Origin: Dehalococcoidia bacterium
GTDB taxonomy: Bacteria; Chloroflexota; Dehalococcoidia; Lucifugimonadales; UBA3495
Length of the DNA: 64,000 nucleotides
Direction: 5' to 3'
Assembly (NCBI GenBank): GCA_963667675.1
Contig: OY763929.1
Coordinates: 1,721,399-1,785,398 of the forward strand
The notes below the pieces were generated by a model. It did not search any database and was not told the DNA's origin. It saw only the letters and a program-made list of their open reading frames with translations. Positions 1 through 13,108 of this stretch are shown one piece after another. A program made the position numbers and the translations under genes. Position 1 is the stretch's first letter. Every line of letters begins with the position of its first letter.

Positions 1-2
1 GC

Positions 3-518
3 ATAATCGCCCACGTAGCCCTGGCTGACCCATATTGCTCGTTAGTGTGCCAAGTAGTTGCCGATGAAGCCGGCCAGATAGGCGTCACCGCCCACTCCTA
101 CGGAACCCTCGTAGTCATGGAAGGCCCCGCCTTCTCCACCCGCGCCGAGAGTTTCATGTACCGTTCCTGGGGGGCCGACATCATCGGCATGACCGCCTTG
201 CCGGAGGCCAAGCTCGCCCGCGAAGCCGAGATCTGCTACGCCACGATGGCCTGGGTCACCGACTACGACTGCTGGCGCAACGAGACCGAGGCTGTGACCA
301 CCGAGATGGTCGTTCAAAACCTGGGCCGCAACGTTGCCGCTTCCAAGAAACTCTTGCGCCGCGTCGTTCCCCGGCTGGACGCCTTGACCGACGATTGCGC
401 CTGCGCCTCCGCCCTCGAAAATGCAATTATCTCTTCGCCTGCCGGCCTATCCGACGACTATAAACGCAAGATGGCCCCTCTCGTCGGCAAGTACCTGGAA
501 TCAACACCCAAGGAGTAA
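3..518 (+). CDS. mtnP: S-methyl-5'-thioadenosine phosphorylase, 5'-truncated by window edge
   Basis: Open frame from position 3; motifs EGPAFSTRAES, GADIIGMT.LPEAKLAREAEICYA, VTDYDCW typical of MTAP; next to ahcY/metK. Confidence 0.92.
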   Translation: MIAHVALADPYCSLVCQVVADEAGQIGVTAHSYGTLVVMEGPAFSTRAESFMYRSWGADIIGMTALPEAKLAREAEICYATMAWVTDYDCWRNETEAVTTEMVVQNLGRNVAASKKLLRRVVPRLDALTDDCACASALENAIISSPAGLSDDYKRKMAPLVGKYLESTPKE

Positions 519-522
519 CGTC

Positions 523-882
523 ATGCCTAGACAAGAACCTGGAGAGCCCTATTACAGGGTAGATTCGAACGAGGCCAGGTCCATGCTCGACGCCGACCCT
601 GACAACACCGTCGTTGTCGACGTCCGCCGCGACGACGAATGGGTTTCCGGCCACATCACCGGAGCCATCCACGTTCCCATAGACGACCTGCCCGACCGCA
701 TCGACGAGGTCCCCCACGGCAAGAAGGTCCTCTTCATCTGCGCTGTAGGCGTCCGTAGCGGTCTCGCCTGCGAGGTTGCCGCCTCCATGGGCTACGAAAC
801 CGAAAACCTCTTCAACATCGAAGACGGCACCCCCGCTTGGATCGCCGCCAATCACCCCACTTCCTACGGTGACGACCCTTAG
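523..882 (+). CDS. Rhodanese-like domain protein
   Basis: AGGAG RBS at 511-515 before ATG 523; VDVR..EW..GHI.GA.H.P and active-site loop ICAVGVRS. Confidence 0.85.
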   Translation: MPRQEPGEPYYRVDSNEARSMLDADPDNTVVVDVRRDDEWVSGHITGAIHVPIDDLPDRIDEVPHGKKVLFICAVGVRSGLACEVAASMGYETENLFNIEDGTPAWIAANHPTSYGDDP

Positions 883-960
883 CTGTTTCAACTTATACGG
901 CAAGCCATCAATTCATTACCCGCCTGCACAGCACTAACCGCAGGCGTCTAACTCAGATAA

Positions 961-2247
<1,287 letters not shown>

Positions 2248-2304
2248 TTCAGACAGAGCGCAAATCACTCGACATAATCATCTGAAAATATTGGAGAGAT
2301 TCAA

Positions 2305-3534
<1,230 letters not shown>

Positions 3535-3576
3535 CGGCAAAAACGGTCAACTCCCCAAGCCAGAGAAAGACCCTTC

Positions 3577-5001
3577 ATGCCATCAAACATAACCTTCGGC
3601 ACCGACGGCTGGCGCGCCGTCATTGCCCGCGACTTCACCTTTGACAACGTGGCCAGGTGCGCCCAGGGACTTGCCGACTACCTCCACGCACGCGGCACGG
3701 TATCCAAGGGCCTAGTCGTTGGTTATGACACTCGGTTCCTCTCCCAGAATTTTGCAGAAACCGTAGCCCAGGTCGCCTCCGCCAACGGCATTACCGTCTA
3801 CCTCTCCCGCAACCCCGCTCCCACTCCGGTGCTCAGCTTCAATGTCCTCCACCTGAATGCCGCTGGCGCAGCCATCATCACCGCCAGCCACAACCCCGGC
3901 ATCTGGAACGGGTTTAAGTTCAAACCCGAATACGCCGGCAGCGCTTCCCAGGAAATCACCGATAGCCTGGAGTCCGCTGTCAATACCGCCGCGGAACCCC
4001 GATTTCTAGACCTTCAAGAAGCCCGCGGACAAAGCCTGCTCATCGACGTAGACCCTGCCCCTCCGTACCTGCAGCACATCAACTCCATTGTCAACCTGCC
4101 CGCCATACGCAGCGCTGGCTTGAACGTCTCCGTGGACGCCATGTTCGGGGCCGGCGGCGGATACCTGCCCTCTATCCTGGCCGGAGGCGCCACGAAAGTC
4201 ACCGAAATAAACGGCCAACCCAACCCGGCATTCCCGGGCATGGCCCAACCCGAGCCCATCGCCCCCAACTTGGCTACGCTCATTCGTCAGGTCCAGGATA
4301 GCGAGTCCTCCATTGGCCTTGCACTTGACGGTGACGCCGACCGCATCGGCGCCGTAGACGAGAACGGACGCTTCATCACCACTTTAGAAGTCTTCTCCCT
4401 CCTCGCCCTTTACCTCTTGGAGTCCAAGGGCCTGCGCGGCCCCATTGTAAAGGGCGTCACCTCTTCCTTGATGCTCAACAAGTTAGGCCGGGAGTTCGGC
4501 GTAGAAGTGCATGAAATGCCCGTCGGCTTCAAGAACATCGGCCCGCAGATGTCCCAAGTAGACGCCTTGATTGCCGGCGAGGAAAGCGGCGGATTCGCTT
4601 TTCGTGGCCATGTACCCGAGCGCGACGGCATCCTCAGCGGCCTCTACCTGCTGGAATACATGGCGCAGACCGGGAAATCCCCTGGGCAGTTGCTGGACCG
4701 CCTCTTTGAACGCGTCGGGCCCCACTCTTTCCATCGCCGCGATCTGGTATTCGACCCTACAGACCGCGCGCGCCTGGAACAACTCCTCGGGGACGGTGAC
4801 TTAACTGAGTTGGCGGGGATGCCCGTACGAAGCTCCGACCGCGTTGACGGACGGCGGCTGATGTTTGACGACGCCTGGCTGGCCGCTAGGTTCTCCGGCA
4901 CCGAGCCGCTATTGCGCGTCTACGCCGAGGCTGGCAGTCCAGAAAAAGTGGCGGCATTGCTCGATGCCGCCGTAGAATACCTGGGTATTTCCCCACGTTA
5001 A
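3577..5001 (+). CDS. Phosphoglucomutase/phosphomannomutase family protein
   Basis: FGTDGWR, TASHNP (catalytic Ser), DGDADR, GEESGG, RFSGTEP. Confidence 0.93.
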   Translation: MPSNITFGTDGWRAVIARDFTFDNVARCAQGLADYLHARGTVSKGLVVGYDTRFLSQNFAETVAQVASANGITVYLSRNPAPTPVLSFNVLHLNAAGAAIITASHNPGIWNGFKFKPEYAGSASQEITDSLESAVNTAAEPRFLDLQEARGQSLLIDVDPAPPYLQHINSIVNLPAIRSAGLNVSVDAMFGAGGGYLPSILAGGATKVTEINGQPNPAFPGMAQPEPIAPNLATLIRQVQDSESSIGLALDGDADRIGAVDENGRFITTLEVFSLLALYLLESKGLRGPIVKGVTSSLMLNKLGREFGVEVHEMPVGFKNIGPQMSQVDALIAGEESGGFAFRGHVPERDGILSGLYLLEYMAQTGKSPGQLLDRLFERVGPHSFHRRDLVFDPTDRARLEQLLGDGDLTELAGMPVRSSDRVDGRRLMFDDAWLAARFSGTEPLLRVYAEAGSPEKVAALLDAAVEYLGISPR

Positions 5002-5417
5002 CGCTTGGTGTACTGCGGGGCCCGACGGGCCCGCTTCAGCCCGTACTTCTTGCTTTCCTTGATTCTAGCGTCCCTGGTTATCAGCCCGCCTCGCCGCAGG
5101 GGTGCCTTCAGGCTGTTGTCGAAGGCCACCAACGCCCGCGCGATGCCGTGGCCGATGGCCTGCGCTTGGGAGTGCACTCCCCCGCCAAGCACTTTCACCA
5201 CAACCCGGAATTTGGTGTTTGTCCCGCTGGCCCTGAACGGCTCCGTCACGACCTGTTGCCACGGCTGCCAGTTGAAATACTCGTCCATCGGTTTCCCGTT
5301 GATGAGCACCAGCGCCCCATCTTCGTCTGGGTACAACCGCACCTTGGCCACCGATGTCTTCCGTTTGCCGGTGCCGTAGTAGTATCTCTCGTCAACAGCC
5401 GTCTGTACCAAAATCAA
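4998..5417 (-). CDS. rpsI: 30S ribosomal protein S9
   Basis: GTGKRKTSVAKV, GGG..SQAQAI.HGIARAL, KKYGLKRARRAPQYTKR; exact start uncertain. Confidence 0.97.
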   Translation of the reverse strand: MILVQTAVDERYYYGTGKRKTSVAKVRLYPDEDGALVLINGKPMDEYFNWQPWQQVVTEPFRASGTNTKFRVVVKVLGGGVHSQAQAIGHGIARALVAFDNSLKAPLRRGGLITRDARIKESKKYGLKRARRAPQYTKR

Positions 5418-5420
5418 CCC

Positions 5421-5867
5421 CTATTCTGCATTCTTGGACTGACCAGCGCCCACCTGTGCCTGGTGGGGATGCTCGGCCCCGGCGTACACCTTTAATCTCC
5501 GCAGCATCTGCCTTCCTTGGTGGTTCCTGGGCAGCATTCCTTTCACCGCGAGGGTAATCACTCGTTCAGGGTGCTTCTCCAACACGTCCCTCAACTGGAA
5601 CGACTTCAGGTTGCCTACGTATCCGCTGTGCCGGTAGTACGTCTTCTGCAGCAGCTTGCGCCCTGTCACTCTCACCCGCGACGCGTTGACTACCACCACG
5701 TAGTCCCCCACCGGGGTATGCGGCGTGTAGGTCGGCTTGTCCTTCCCCTGCAACGCAACCGAGATATCCCGCGCCACCCGGCCCAAGACCTGGCCCGTCG
5801 CGTCGATTACCCGCCAGTTGGCCGGCGTCTCTCCGGGCTTGGGGAAATATGTGCTTGTTCGTTTCAT
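5421..5867 (-). CDS. rplM: 50S ribosomal protein L13
   Basis: W.VIDA.GQVLGR, GKDKPTYTPH, GDYVVVVNA, AVKGMLP. Confidence 0.97.
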   Translation of the reverse strand: MKRTSTYFPKPGETPANWRVIDATGQVLGRVARDISVALQGKDKPTYTPHTPVGDYVVVVNASRVRVTGRKLLQKTYYRHSGYVGNLKSFQLRDVLEKHPERVITLAVKGMLPRNHQGRQMLRRLKVYAGAEHPHQAQVGAGQSKNAE

Positions 5868-6715
5868 CGCGATGCCAGTCCCTGGACCTCCCAGGACTCC
5901 TCTCTATCTTCTTCGTCCGGCCACCCGACCGGATATGTTACTTTCATCAAGCACAGGCCGTGGGCTGGAAGCGTAGCCTCCGCCGCAGTATCTCCTCGCA
6001 ACACACGGGCAATGCTGTCCTCAGGCAACCTGCCCCTTCCAACCTCGATCAGCATGGCGTTGACCCTGCGGATTTGGTGACGCAGAAACCCGTTTGCCTC
6101 TGCCTCGATTATTACCTGCGATTCTCCCTCTTTCCAAACGTCCCAGCGCCGCACCTGCCGGACTGTGCTTTTTTCCGGCGGCATCCCCGCGCTGAACACC
6201 CTGAAGTCCTGTCTTCCTACCAGGCTCTTGGCTGCCGCGGCCATTCTGGGAACCTCCAGCTTCTCCCTTACCCACAACTGCGTGTGTCTTGCCAGCGGCG
6301 ACGGCCATTCCCTGTTCAATATGCTGTACCGATACGTCCGTCCTATAGCGTCCCGGCGGGAATTGAAGCCCGGCCCCACCTCGTAGGTTTTCAGCACCCG
6401 CACGTCTTCCGGCAGATAGTAATTCATCGCCTTGGGAAAGCTTTCCGTCGGGTGCCTGCAGTCAGTTGCGAAGTCCACCACCTGTCCATTGGCGTGGGCC
6501 CCTGAATCGGTCCTGCTCGCGCCCCGTATTCGGATAGGCTTCCCAGTGAACCTCGCCAGGCTTTTCTCAATCTCTCCTTGTATTGTCGGCTGCCCCGCTT
6601 GCAACTGAAACCCGGCGTAGTTGGTCCCGTCGTACTCCAGTACCAACGCCAGCCGTCTGGTTGTGGGGCTTCTATCCTCCAATTCCGTATATCCTGATGT
6701 CAATGTCCTGGACAC
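5864..6715 (-). CDS. truA: tRNA pseudouridine(38-40) synthase
   Basis: EYDGTNYAGFQ, ASRTDSGAHA.GQV, NGFLRHQIR; canonical position between rplQ and rplM. Confidence 0.95.
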   Translation of the reverse strand: MSRTLTSGYTELEDRSPTTRRLALVLEYDGTNYAGFQLQAGQPTIQGEIEKSLARFTGKPIRIRGASRTDSGAHANGQVVDFATDCRHPTESFPKAMNYYLPEDVRVLKTYEVGPGFNSRRDAIGRTYRYSILNREWPSPLARHTQLWVREKLEVPRMAAAAKSLVGRQDFRVFSAGMPPEKSTVRQVRRWDVWKEGESQVIIEAEANGFLRHQIRRVNAMLIEVGRGRLPEDSIARVLRGDTAAEATLPAHGLCLMKVTYPVGWPDEEDREESWEVQGLASR

Positions 6716-6752
6716 ATGCCGGCGCCTGTTGCCGTCAGTCCAACGTCCTGGG

Positions 6753-7106
6753 TCACACCAACTCGATCATCGCCATTGCTGCCGAGTCTCCCTGCCGCCG
6801 TCCCAGTTTGGTAATCCTGGTATAACCGCCCGCTCGGTCGGCATACCTGCTGGCGACGTCGTCGAACAGCTTCTCGATTACCTGCTTGTTCGGGAGCTTG
6901 GCCAAGGCCAGCCGCCGGTGGTGCAGCGTACCCTTTTTCCCATGGGTAATCAGCTTCTCAGTGAACGTCCGCGTCTCTTGGGCCTTGGCCAGCGTCGTCG
7001 TAATCCGCTCGTGCCGGATTAAATCAGCCGCCAGTCCGCGCAGCAGCGCCGTCCGTTGGTCCCGGTACCGGCTCAGTTTCCTACCCGCTATGCGGTGTGA
7101 TGCCAT
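6753..7106 (-). CDS. rplQ: 50S ribosomal protein L17
   Basis: [40 protein letters not shown]. Confidence 0.97.
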   Translation of the reverse strand: MASHRIAGRKLSRYRDQRTALLRGLAADLIRHERITTTLAKAQETRTFTEKLITHGKKGTLHHRRLALAKLPNKQVIEKLFDDVASRYADRAGGYTRITKLGRRQGDSAAMAMIELV

Positions 7107-7123
7107 CTTTAATGGGGCTCCTT

Positions 7124-8320
7124 CTACTCTTCCGCGTCCTCAGCCTCGTCCTCTTCTCCCTCGTCCCCATCCAGCGGCTCGGCCTCACCCCCCAACTCTT
7201 GCAATTCCTCCTTGCTCACTGCCGCCGCCGCTGCGGCGCTGTCGTCACCCATGAGCTCGCCAATATCTGCCGACGACAGTTCCTCGTCAACTAAAACACC
7301 CGCAGGCAGGGGGGGCAAACCTACGCCGTCGCCTTCGGCGACTCCGTCTTGCCGTTGCGCGATCCCGCGTGCCTCCAACTTTTCTTTCAGTTCCTTGAGA
7401 GACTTCTCGCCGAAGTTCCGTATCTTCACCAGTTCCGCGTCCGTCATCTCCAAGACTTCACCAACCTTGTTGATGTGCGCCCTCTTCAGGCAATTCAGCG
7501 TCCTTGGCGACAACTCCAGCTTCTCTATGGGCGTCTGGTACACCTCAGGAGACACTGACAAAGGCAGCCGCTCCGTCCCCGCCTCTGCCGTCCGGTCCAA
7601 GTTGGTAAACAAGAAGAAATGGTTCACCAAGTGGTCCGCAGCCTGCCTCACCGCCTCCACCGGCTTGATAGTCCCGTCGGTCCAGACCTCCAGTTCCAGA
7701 CGCTCGTAGTCCGTCACTTGCCCCACCCTGGTGCGCTTCACGTCGTAGTTGACTTTCCGCACCGGGTTGAAGATGGCGTCCAGCGGTAGCACGCCTAACG
7801 GCGGGTTTTCCCCATCGTCCATTTGTGTCGCCCTCTGGTAGCCTACGCCCTGATCCACGTTGAACTCTATCGACAACTGTGAGTCCTCGGAGTCCAGGGT
7901 CGCCAGGTGTAGCTGGGGGTTTACGATTTCAAAATCGCTCGACGTCGAAATGTCTCCGGCGCACACCCTGCCTTCACCAGTGACGTCCAGCCGCATCTTC
8001 CCCGGCCTGTTCGATTGCGCCCGGATCCGGATGCGCTTGATATTGAGAAGAAGCTCCATCACCTCTTCTTTCACGCCATGGATAGCCGTGTACTCGTGCA
8101 CCACGTCTTCGATCTTAACCCAGGTTATCGCGCTCCCCGTGGTGGAACTCAACAATATCCGCCTCAGGGGATTGCCTATCGTCAGTCCGAATCCCCGTTG
8201 CAGGGGCTCCACGGCGACCTTGCCGTACGTCTCATCCGAGTCTATTACCCGGATCATCGGCTTCAACGACGCTTGTTCCCCCTCGATGGGCGTGGTGGGA
8301 ATCAAATAGGTATCCAGCAT
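7124..8320 (-). CDS. rpoA: RNA polymerase alpha subunit with acidic C-terminal extension
   Basis: [22 protein letters not shown], alpha[26 protein letters not shown]. Confidence 0.97.
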   Translation of the reverse strand: MLDTYLIPTTPIEGEQASLKPMIRVIDSDETYGKVAVEPLQRGFGLTIGNPLRRILLSSTTGSAITWVKIEDVVHEYTAIHGVKEEVMELLLNIKRIRIRAQSNRPGKMRLDVTGEGRVCAGDISTSSDFEIVNPQLHLATLDSEDSQLSIEFNVDQGVGYQRATQMDDGENPPLGVLPLDAIFNPVRKVNYDVKRTRVGQVTDYERLELEVWTDGTIKPVEAVRQAADHLVNHFFLFTNLDRTAEAGTERLPLSVSPEVYQTPIEKLELSPRTLNCLKRAHINKVGEVLEMTDAELVKIRNFGEKSLKELKEKLEARGIAQRQDGVAEGDGVGLPPLPAGVLVDEELSSADIGELMGDDSAAAAAAVSKEELQELGGEAEPLDGDEGEEDEAEDAEE

Positions 8321-8328
8321 GGGGTCCT

Positions 8329-8955
8329 CTACCTCGAGTAAAACTCTACTATCAAGCGAGAGTTAATGTTCTGCTGCAGGTCTTCATCCGCCGGCAATGA
8401 GTTGACCGTCCCTTTCATTTCCGACTGATCAAGGCTCAACCACGACGGTACCGGGCGTTTGGGTATGTCATCCGTCCGTTCCTTGAAGAAGTCCGTACCT
8501 TTCACCCGCTCCTTCCAGGTAATCACGTCCCCCGCGCTCACCTGGTAGGAAGGAATGTCGTTTTTCACTCCGTTGACCAAGAAATGTCCGTGGCGCACCA
8601 GTTGACGCGCCTGTTTGCGGGAATCCGCAAAGCCTATAAGAAAAATCACGTTGTCCAGTCGCCGCTCCAGGGACCTCAGCAGGTTAATTCCGGTTATCCC
8701 CGGCGAGTTGAACGCCTCGGTCATATACCGCCGGAACTGCGATTCCAGCACTCCATAGATGTACTTGGCCTTTTGTTTCTCCAGCAGGTGAATCCCGTAC
8801 TCCGACGGCCTCCTCCTCCTGCGAGACTGGTCCCCGGGCGGCGTGCGCCTGCGCTCGAACGCGCATCGCGGCGTAAAGCACCGCTCACCCTTCAAAAACA
8901 GTTTCTCGCCGGCCCTCCGGCACAACCTGCATGACGGTCCTGTGTACCTACCCAT
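8329..8955 (-). CDS. rpsD: 30S ribosomal protein S4
   Basis: RYTGPSCRLCRR.GEKLFLKGERC, LERRLDNV, LIVEFYSR. Confidence 0.98.
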   Translation of the reverse strand: MGRYTGPSCRLCRRAGEKLFLKGERCFTPRCAFERRRTPPGDQSRRRRRPSEYGIHLLEKQKAKYIYGVLESQFRRYMTEAFNSPGITGINLLRSLERRLDNVIFLIGFADSRKQARQLVRHGHFLVNGVKNDIPSYQVSAGDVITWKERVKGTDFFKERTDDIPKRPVPSWLSLDQSEMKGTVNSLPADEDLQQNINSRLIVEFYSR

Positions 8956-8967
8956 GAGTTTGGTTGA

Positions 8968-9351
8968 CTATACCCTCCTGCGTTTTGGCGGCCTGCACCC
9001 GTTGTGGGGGATCCTTGTCACGTCCCTTATGCTCGTCACCACCAGTCCCGCCCCTTGCAGCGAACGGATGGCCGCTTCCCGTCCCGCTCCAGGGCCCTTT
9101 ATCATCACGTCTATATGGCGCAGTCCCTGGTCCATGCCCTTGCGCGCCACTTGCTCTGCAGCCCTCTGCGCCGCGAAGGCAGTCCCTTTCCGCGACCCTT
9201 TGAAACCGACGGTGCCCGCGCTGGCCGCGCATATCACACTGCCCTGCTGGTCCGTGATGCTGATTAGCGTGTTGTTGAAAGTCGAATAGATATATGCCCT
9301 GCCGTGCGGCACGTTCCGGCGTTCCCGCCGCCTGGACCTCGTCCTGGCCAT
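8968..9351 (-). CDS. rpsK: 30S ribosomal protein S11
   Basis: [37 protein letters not shown]. Confidence 0.98.
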   Translation of the reverse strand: MARTRSRRRERRNVPHGRAYIYSTFNNTLISITDQQGSVICAASAGTVGFKGSRKGTAFAAQRAAEQVARKGMDQGLRHIDVMIKGPGAGREAAIRSLQGAGLVVTSIRDVTRIPHNGCRPPKRRRV

Positions 9352-9363
9352 ATCCTAGCTCCC

Positions 9364-9756
9364 CTACTTCTTTCCGCCGGTGCGCCGCCCCCGGCCTGCA
9401 ACCGTCCGTCGCGGCCCCTTGCGGCTCCGGGCGTTAGTCCTGGTCCGCTGCCCGTGCGCCGGCAGTCCTCGCCGATGCCGCAGGCCCCGGTACGAACCGA
9501 TTTCAATTAGCCGGCGTATGTTCTGGTTCACCTCACGGCGTAGGTCGCCTTCCGCCGTGTATGTCCGGTCAACCAGTTCCCTGATCCGGTCCACCTGCGC
9601 CTCGGAAAGTTCGTTCATCCGCGGCGACAACTCCGGGTCAATGTCGGCCTTCGTGAGTATCTCCCTGGCTATCGTCGGCCCGACGCCATAGATACTTCTA
9701 AGGGCCACGTGAGCCTTTTTTCGGTCAGGTACGTCTACCCCGGCTATACGAACCAT
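9364..9756 (-). CDS. rpsM: 30S ribosomal protein S13
   Basis: RIAGVDVP, EGDLRRE, YRGLRHRRGLP..GQRTRTNAR. Confidence 0.98.
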   Translation of the reverse strand: MVRIAGVDVPDRKKAHVALRSIYGVGPTIAREILTKADIDPELSPRMNELSEAQVDRIRELVDRTYTAEGDLRREVNQNIRRLIEIGSYRGLRHRRGLPAHGQRTRTNARSRKGPRRTVAGRGRRTGGKK

Positions 9757-9783
9757 CGCCCTCTCCTTGGACCCGCCTCTATC

Positions 9784-9897
9784 TTATCCCTGTCGCTGTG
9801 AATGCCGCGGATTTGAACAGATAATCCGCACTACGCCTTTGCGCTTTATCACCCGGCAGTTGTCGCATCTCGGTTTTACCGATGCTGAAACTCTCAT
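9784..9897 (-). CDS. rpmJ: 50S ribosomal protein L36 (absent from ORF track, 37 aa)
   Basis: Manual translation [37 protein letters not shown]; between infA and rpsM. Confidence 0.95.
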   Translation of the reverse strand: MRVSASVKPRCDNCRVIKRKGVVRIICSNPRHSQRQG

Positions 9898-9915
9898 AAT
9901 TCCGTCGCCTTCTGA

Positions 9916-10134
9916 CTACTTGAACCTGTACGTTATCCGGCCGCGGCTCAGGTCGTAGGGCGAAAGCTCAACCAACACCCGGTCCCCCGGCAGCACTCGG
10001 ATGAAGTGCTTCCGTATCTTCCCGGAAACGTGCGCCAGCACCTTGTGGTCGTTGGGCAACTCCACCCGGAACATTCCGTTGGGCAGGGCCTCCCTCACGC
10101 TCGCTTCTACTTCTATCGCCTGTTTTTTCGCCAT
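9916..10134 (-). CDS. infA: Translation initiation factor IF-1
   Basis: [40 protein letters not shown]. Confidence 0.98.
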   Translation of the reverse strand: MAKKQAIEVEASVREALPNGMFRVELPNDHKVLAHVSGKIRKHFIRVLPGDRVLVELSPYDLSRGRITYRFK

Positions 10135-10165
10135 ACGCTTCCTCTATTTCTGCCGGCTGCTCTGT

Positions 10166-10972
10166 CTAAACGTGCTTCGTCAGAATCTCCGGACCGTCCT
10201 CCGTGATGGCTATTGTGTGTTCGAAGTGCGCCGATAGCTTGCCGTCCGCGGTGACCACTGTCCACTGGTCGTCCAATATACGCGTACGCCAGTCCCCCAT
10301 GTTCAACATGGGCTCTATCGCTATGCACATTCCGGGCCTGAGCAAGGGTCCCATTCCCGATTGCCCGTAATTCGGCACCTGCGGGTCCTCGTGCAGAAAC
10401 CTTCCTATCCCGTGGCCGACGAACTCCCTCACCACGCCGTACCCTCTCGCCTCGCCGAATTCCTGTATCGCCGCGCCTATGTCCCCGATGCGGTTCCCCG
10501 GCTGCGACGCTTCGATTCCCACTTCCAGGCTCTGCCGCGTTGCCTCCATCAGTGCTTCCACTTCTTCGCCTACCTCCCCAACCGCCAGCGATATCGCCGC
10601 ATCACCGATCAGTCCTCCCAGCGTCGCCCCTACGTCCACCTTGACGATATCACCCTCTTTCAGTTCCCTCTTGCTGGGGATGCCGTGAACGATTTCCTCG
10701 TTTACCGACGCGCAGATGCTCGCCGGAAACCCGCGGTATCCCTTGAACGTCGGCTTCGCGCCATGCCGGGTTATCTCCTTGTACGCTACCTGGTCCAACT
10801 CTTTGGTGCTGATTCCGGGCTCCACCGTCCGCTTCAACAGCGTCAACACCGAGCCCACGATCGCGCCAGCCTCCCGCATCATATCCATCTCTTGGGGCGA
10901 CTTAATCGTTATTCCCCCGGAGTATGTCGATGCCGAGTTGGACGCGGTTTCTATTTTGCGGTTGCGATTCAC
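10166..10972 (-). CDS. map: Type I methionine aminopeptidase
   Basis: [35 protein letters not shown]. Confidence 0.96.
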   Translation of the reverse strand: MNRNRKIETASNSASTYSGGITIKSPQEMDMMREAGAIVGSVLTLLKRTVEPGISTKELDQVAYKEITRHGAKPTFKGYRGFPASICASVNEEIVHGIPSKRELKEGDIVKVDVGATLGGLIGDAAISLAVGEVGEEVEALMEATRQSLEVGIEASQPGNRIGDIGAAIQEFGEARGYGVVREFVGHGIGRFLHEDPQVPNYGQSGMGPLLRPGMCIAIEPMLNMGDWRTRILDDQWTVVTADGKLSAHFEHTIAITEDGPEILTKHV

Positions 10973-11065
10973 CCTGTTTATTCTACTCTGTATTCCGAAT
11001 CTTGAATACCCCGATGCATAGCGCTCGAGACAGTAAACTCCACCTTGCGCGAGGCTCGACCCACA

Positions 11066-11749
11066 TCACCGCTCCAATGCCTCCAGCAAGCGCCCGTTGA
11101 CGGTCTCTATGCTTCCCAGCCCTTCCACCTCTACCAGCAACTCCCGCTGTCGATAGAAGTCCAGCACCGGCATCGTCTCGTTACGGTATACCTCAATCCG
11201 CCGTCCCACGGCCTCCGGGCTGTCATCGGGTCTTTGATAAAGCTCTCCCCCGCACTGCTCGCAGTTCAAATGACCGTTGTCCGACGCCTCTCGACCTGTC
11301 CTGTCGAACGTCATCAAGCCGATGTTGTGCGGGGCCTGGCACTGCCGGCAACTGTAGCGGCCGCCCAGCCGTCGCAACAACTCCTCCTCCGGCAACTCTA
11401 TGTGCGCCACCGCATCCAGTCCACGCTCTTGCTCTTCCAGAGCCCCTTCCAGCGCCTCGGCCTGGTGGGTATTCCTGGGAAACCCGTCCAGGATAAATCC
11501 CTCTTCTTTGCCGAGGGCGAGCACCTTGTCCAAGATAATGTCTATGGTCACCTCGTCGGGCACCAATACGCCCCGCTCCATGAACCCCGCCGCCTTCAGT
11601 CCCAGCGGAGTCTTCTCCTTCAAGTTCCAGCGGAACAGGTCCCCCGACGATATGTGCGCGACTCCCCATCGCTCTCGCAATAGCTGCGCCTGCGTTCCTT
11701 TCCCGGCTCCCGGAGGACCGAACAGTCCTACTCTGATTTCTTCCGTCAC
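11066..11749 (-). CDS. adk: Adenylate kinase
   Basis: GPPGAGKGTQA, HISSGDLFR, FILDGFPR, Cys-rich LID. Confidence 0.96.
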   Translation of the reverse strand: MTEEIRVGLFGPPGAGKGTQAQLLRERWGVAHISSGDLFRWNLKEKTPLGLKAAGFMERGVLVPDEVTIDIILDKVLALGKEEGFILDGFPRNTHQAEALEGALEEQERGLDAVAHIELPEEELLRRLGGRYSCRQCQAPHNIGLMTFDRTGREASDNGHLNCEQCGGELYQRPDDSPEAVGRRIEVYRNETMPVLDFYRQRELLVEVEGLGSIETVNGRLLEALER

Positions 11750-11752
11750 CGG

Positions 11753-13108
11753 TTACCTCAGGAACCCTTCGTAGTTCCGCATCATCAACTGCGCTTCCAG
11801 CTGCCTCAGCGTATCCAACCCCACGCCCACCATGATTAGCAGGCTCGTGCTACTCAACGCTATCGCCTGTACCCCGGTCACCAGCGAGGCGAGGTATGGC
11901 ACTATAGCAATGAAACCCAGGAACAGGGCGCCGCCCATCGTGATTCTCACTATCACCCGGTTCAAGTAGTCCTGCGTAGGCTGTCCCGGGCGTATCCCCA
12001 GCACAAATCCGCCATTCCGCTGCAGGTTCTCCGCCAGGTTCTGCTGATTGAACACCACCAAAGTGTAGAAAAAGGTGAAAATCACCACTAGGATGAACAC
12101 CAAAATCCAGTACAGCACCGATGTAGGCGCCAGCAGTCCCTCGAAGAAGCGCGCCGCATCTCCTATCCAACTGGTATTCGTCGCAAAGTACGTCGCTATC
12201 GTCCCAGGCAGGATTACTATGGAAAAGGCGAATATCAGAGGTATCATTCCGGCCGAGTTGATGCGCAGCGGCAGATATGTCGCGCCGCCTTGGCGGTACA
12301 TCCTCCCGCTCCGGAATATGCTCCGCCCGTACTGCACCGGAATCCGCCGGTGCGCCTCGTTGAACATCACTATCAGCGCGATGATCAACACACCGATAAT
12401 TGCAAAGAAACCGATTCCCAACACGTTGTCCCGGTCTATAAAGCCCTGCGACAGCAACCCCGGGAATCCGGCCACTATCCCGGCAAAGATTATCAGCGAA
12501 ATACCGTTGCCGATGCCCTTCTCCGTAATTAACTCTCCCAACCAGACCAGGAACATCGTCCCCGCCACCAGCGAGAACAAGGCCGCCAGCGTGGGCAACA
12601 GCGAGTCCCCAGTAAACCCCACCGTAAACAACGCCACTCCTGAAGGGTCAATGAACACGCCGCTCTGTTGCAATAGCATCAACTGCCCATATCCCTGCGC
12701 CAGCGCTATCGGCACCGTCAGCAGGTGGACATAACGGTTCATCCTCGCCCGCCCCGCCTCTCCCTCCCGGGAGATTTCCTGCAAGGCAGGTATCACCGGC
12801 GTGAGCAACTGCATCACAATCGACGCCGTGATGTAGGGAAACACCCCCAGGGCCACTATGCTCATTCGCCCCAGCGCCCCGCCACTGAACAGGTCCAGGA
12901 ACCTCAACAACTCGTTGGTGTCGAACAGGTTGTCCAGCTGCGCGCTGTTTATTCCCGGTATCGGTATTTGCGTCGCAAACCGGTACAGCGCCAGCATCGC
13001 CAGCGTGAACAGGATTTTGCCGCGCAGGTCGGGAAGGCTGAAGGCGTCTATGGCTGCCTGTATCAGCCGGGGAAAGCGTCCACCACCTTGGGTTTCCGCC
13101 GAAATCAT
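11753..13108 (-). CDS. secY: Preprotein translocase subunit SecY
   Basis: SIVALGVFPYITASIVMQLL, WLGELITEKGIGNGISLIIFAGI, multiple TM segments. Confidence 0.98.
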   Translation of the reverse strand: MISAETQGGGRFPRLIQAAIDAFSLPDLRGKILFTLAMLALYRFATQIPIPGINSAQLDNLFDTNELLRFLDLFSGGALGRMSIVALGVFPYITASIVMQLLTPVIPALQEISREGEAGRARMNRYVHLLTVPIALAQGYGQLMLLQQSGVFIDPSGVALFTVGFTGDSLLPTLAALFSLVAGTMFLVWLGELITEKGIGNGISLIIFAGIVAGFPGLLSQGFIDRDNVLGIGFFAIIGVLIIALIVMFNEAHRRIPVQYGRSIFRSGRMYRQGGATYLPLRINSAGMIPLIFAFSIVILPGTIATYFATNTSWIGDAARFFEGLLAPTSVLYWILVFILVVIFTFFYTLVVFNQQNLAENLQRNGGFVLGIRPGQPTQDYLNRVIVRITMGGALFLGFIAIVPYLASLVTGVQAIALSSTSLLIMVGVGLDTLRQLEAQLMMRNYEGFLR

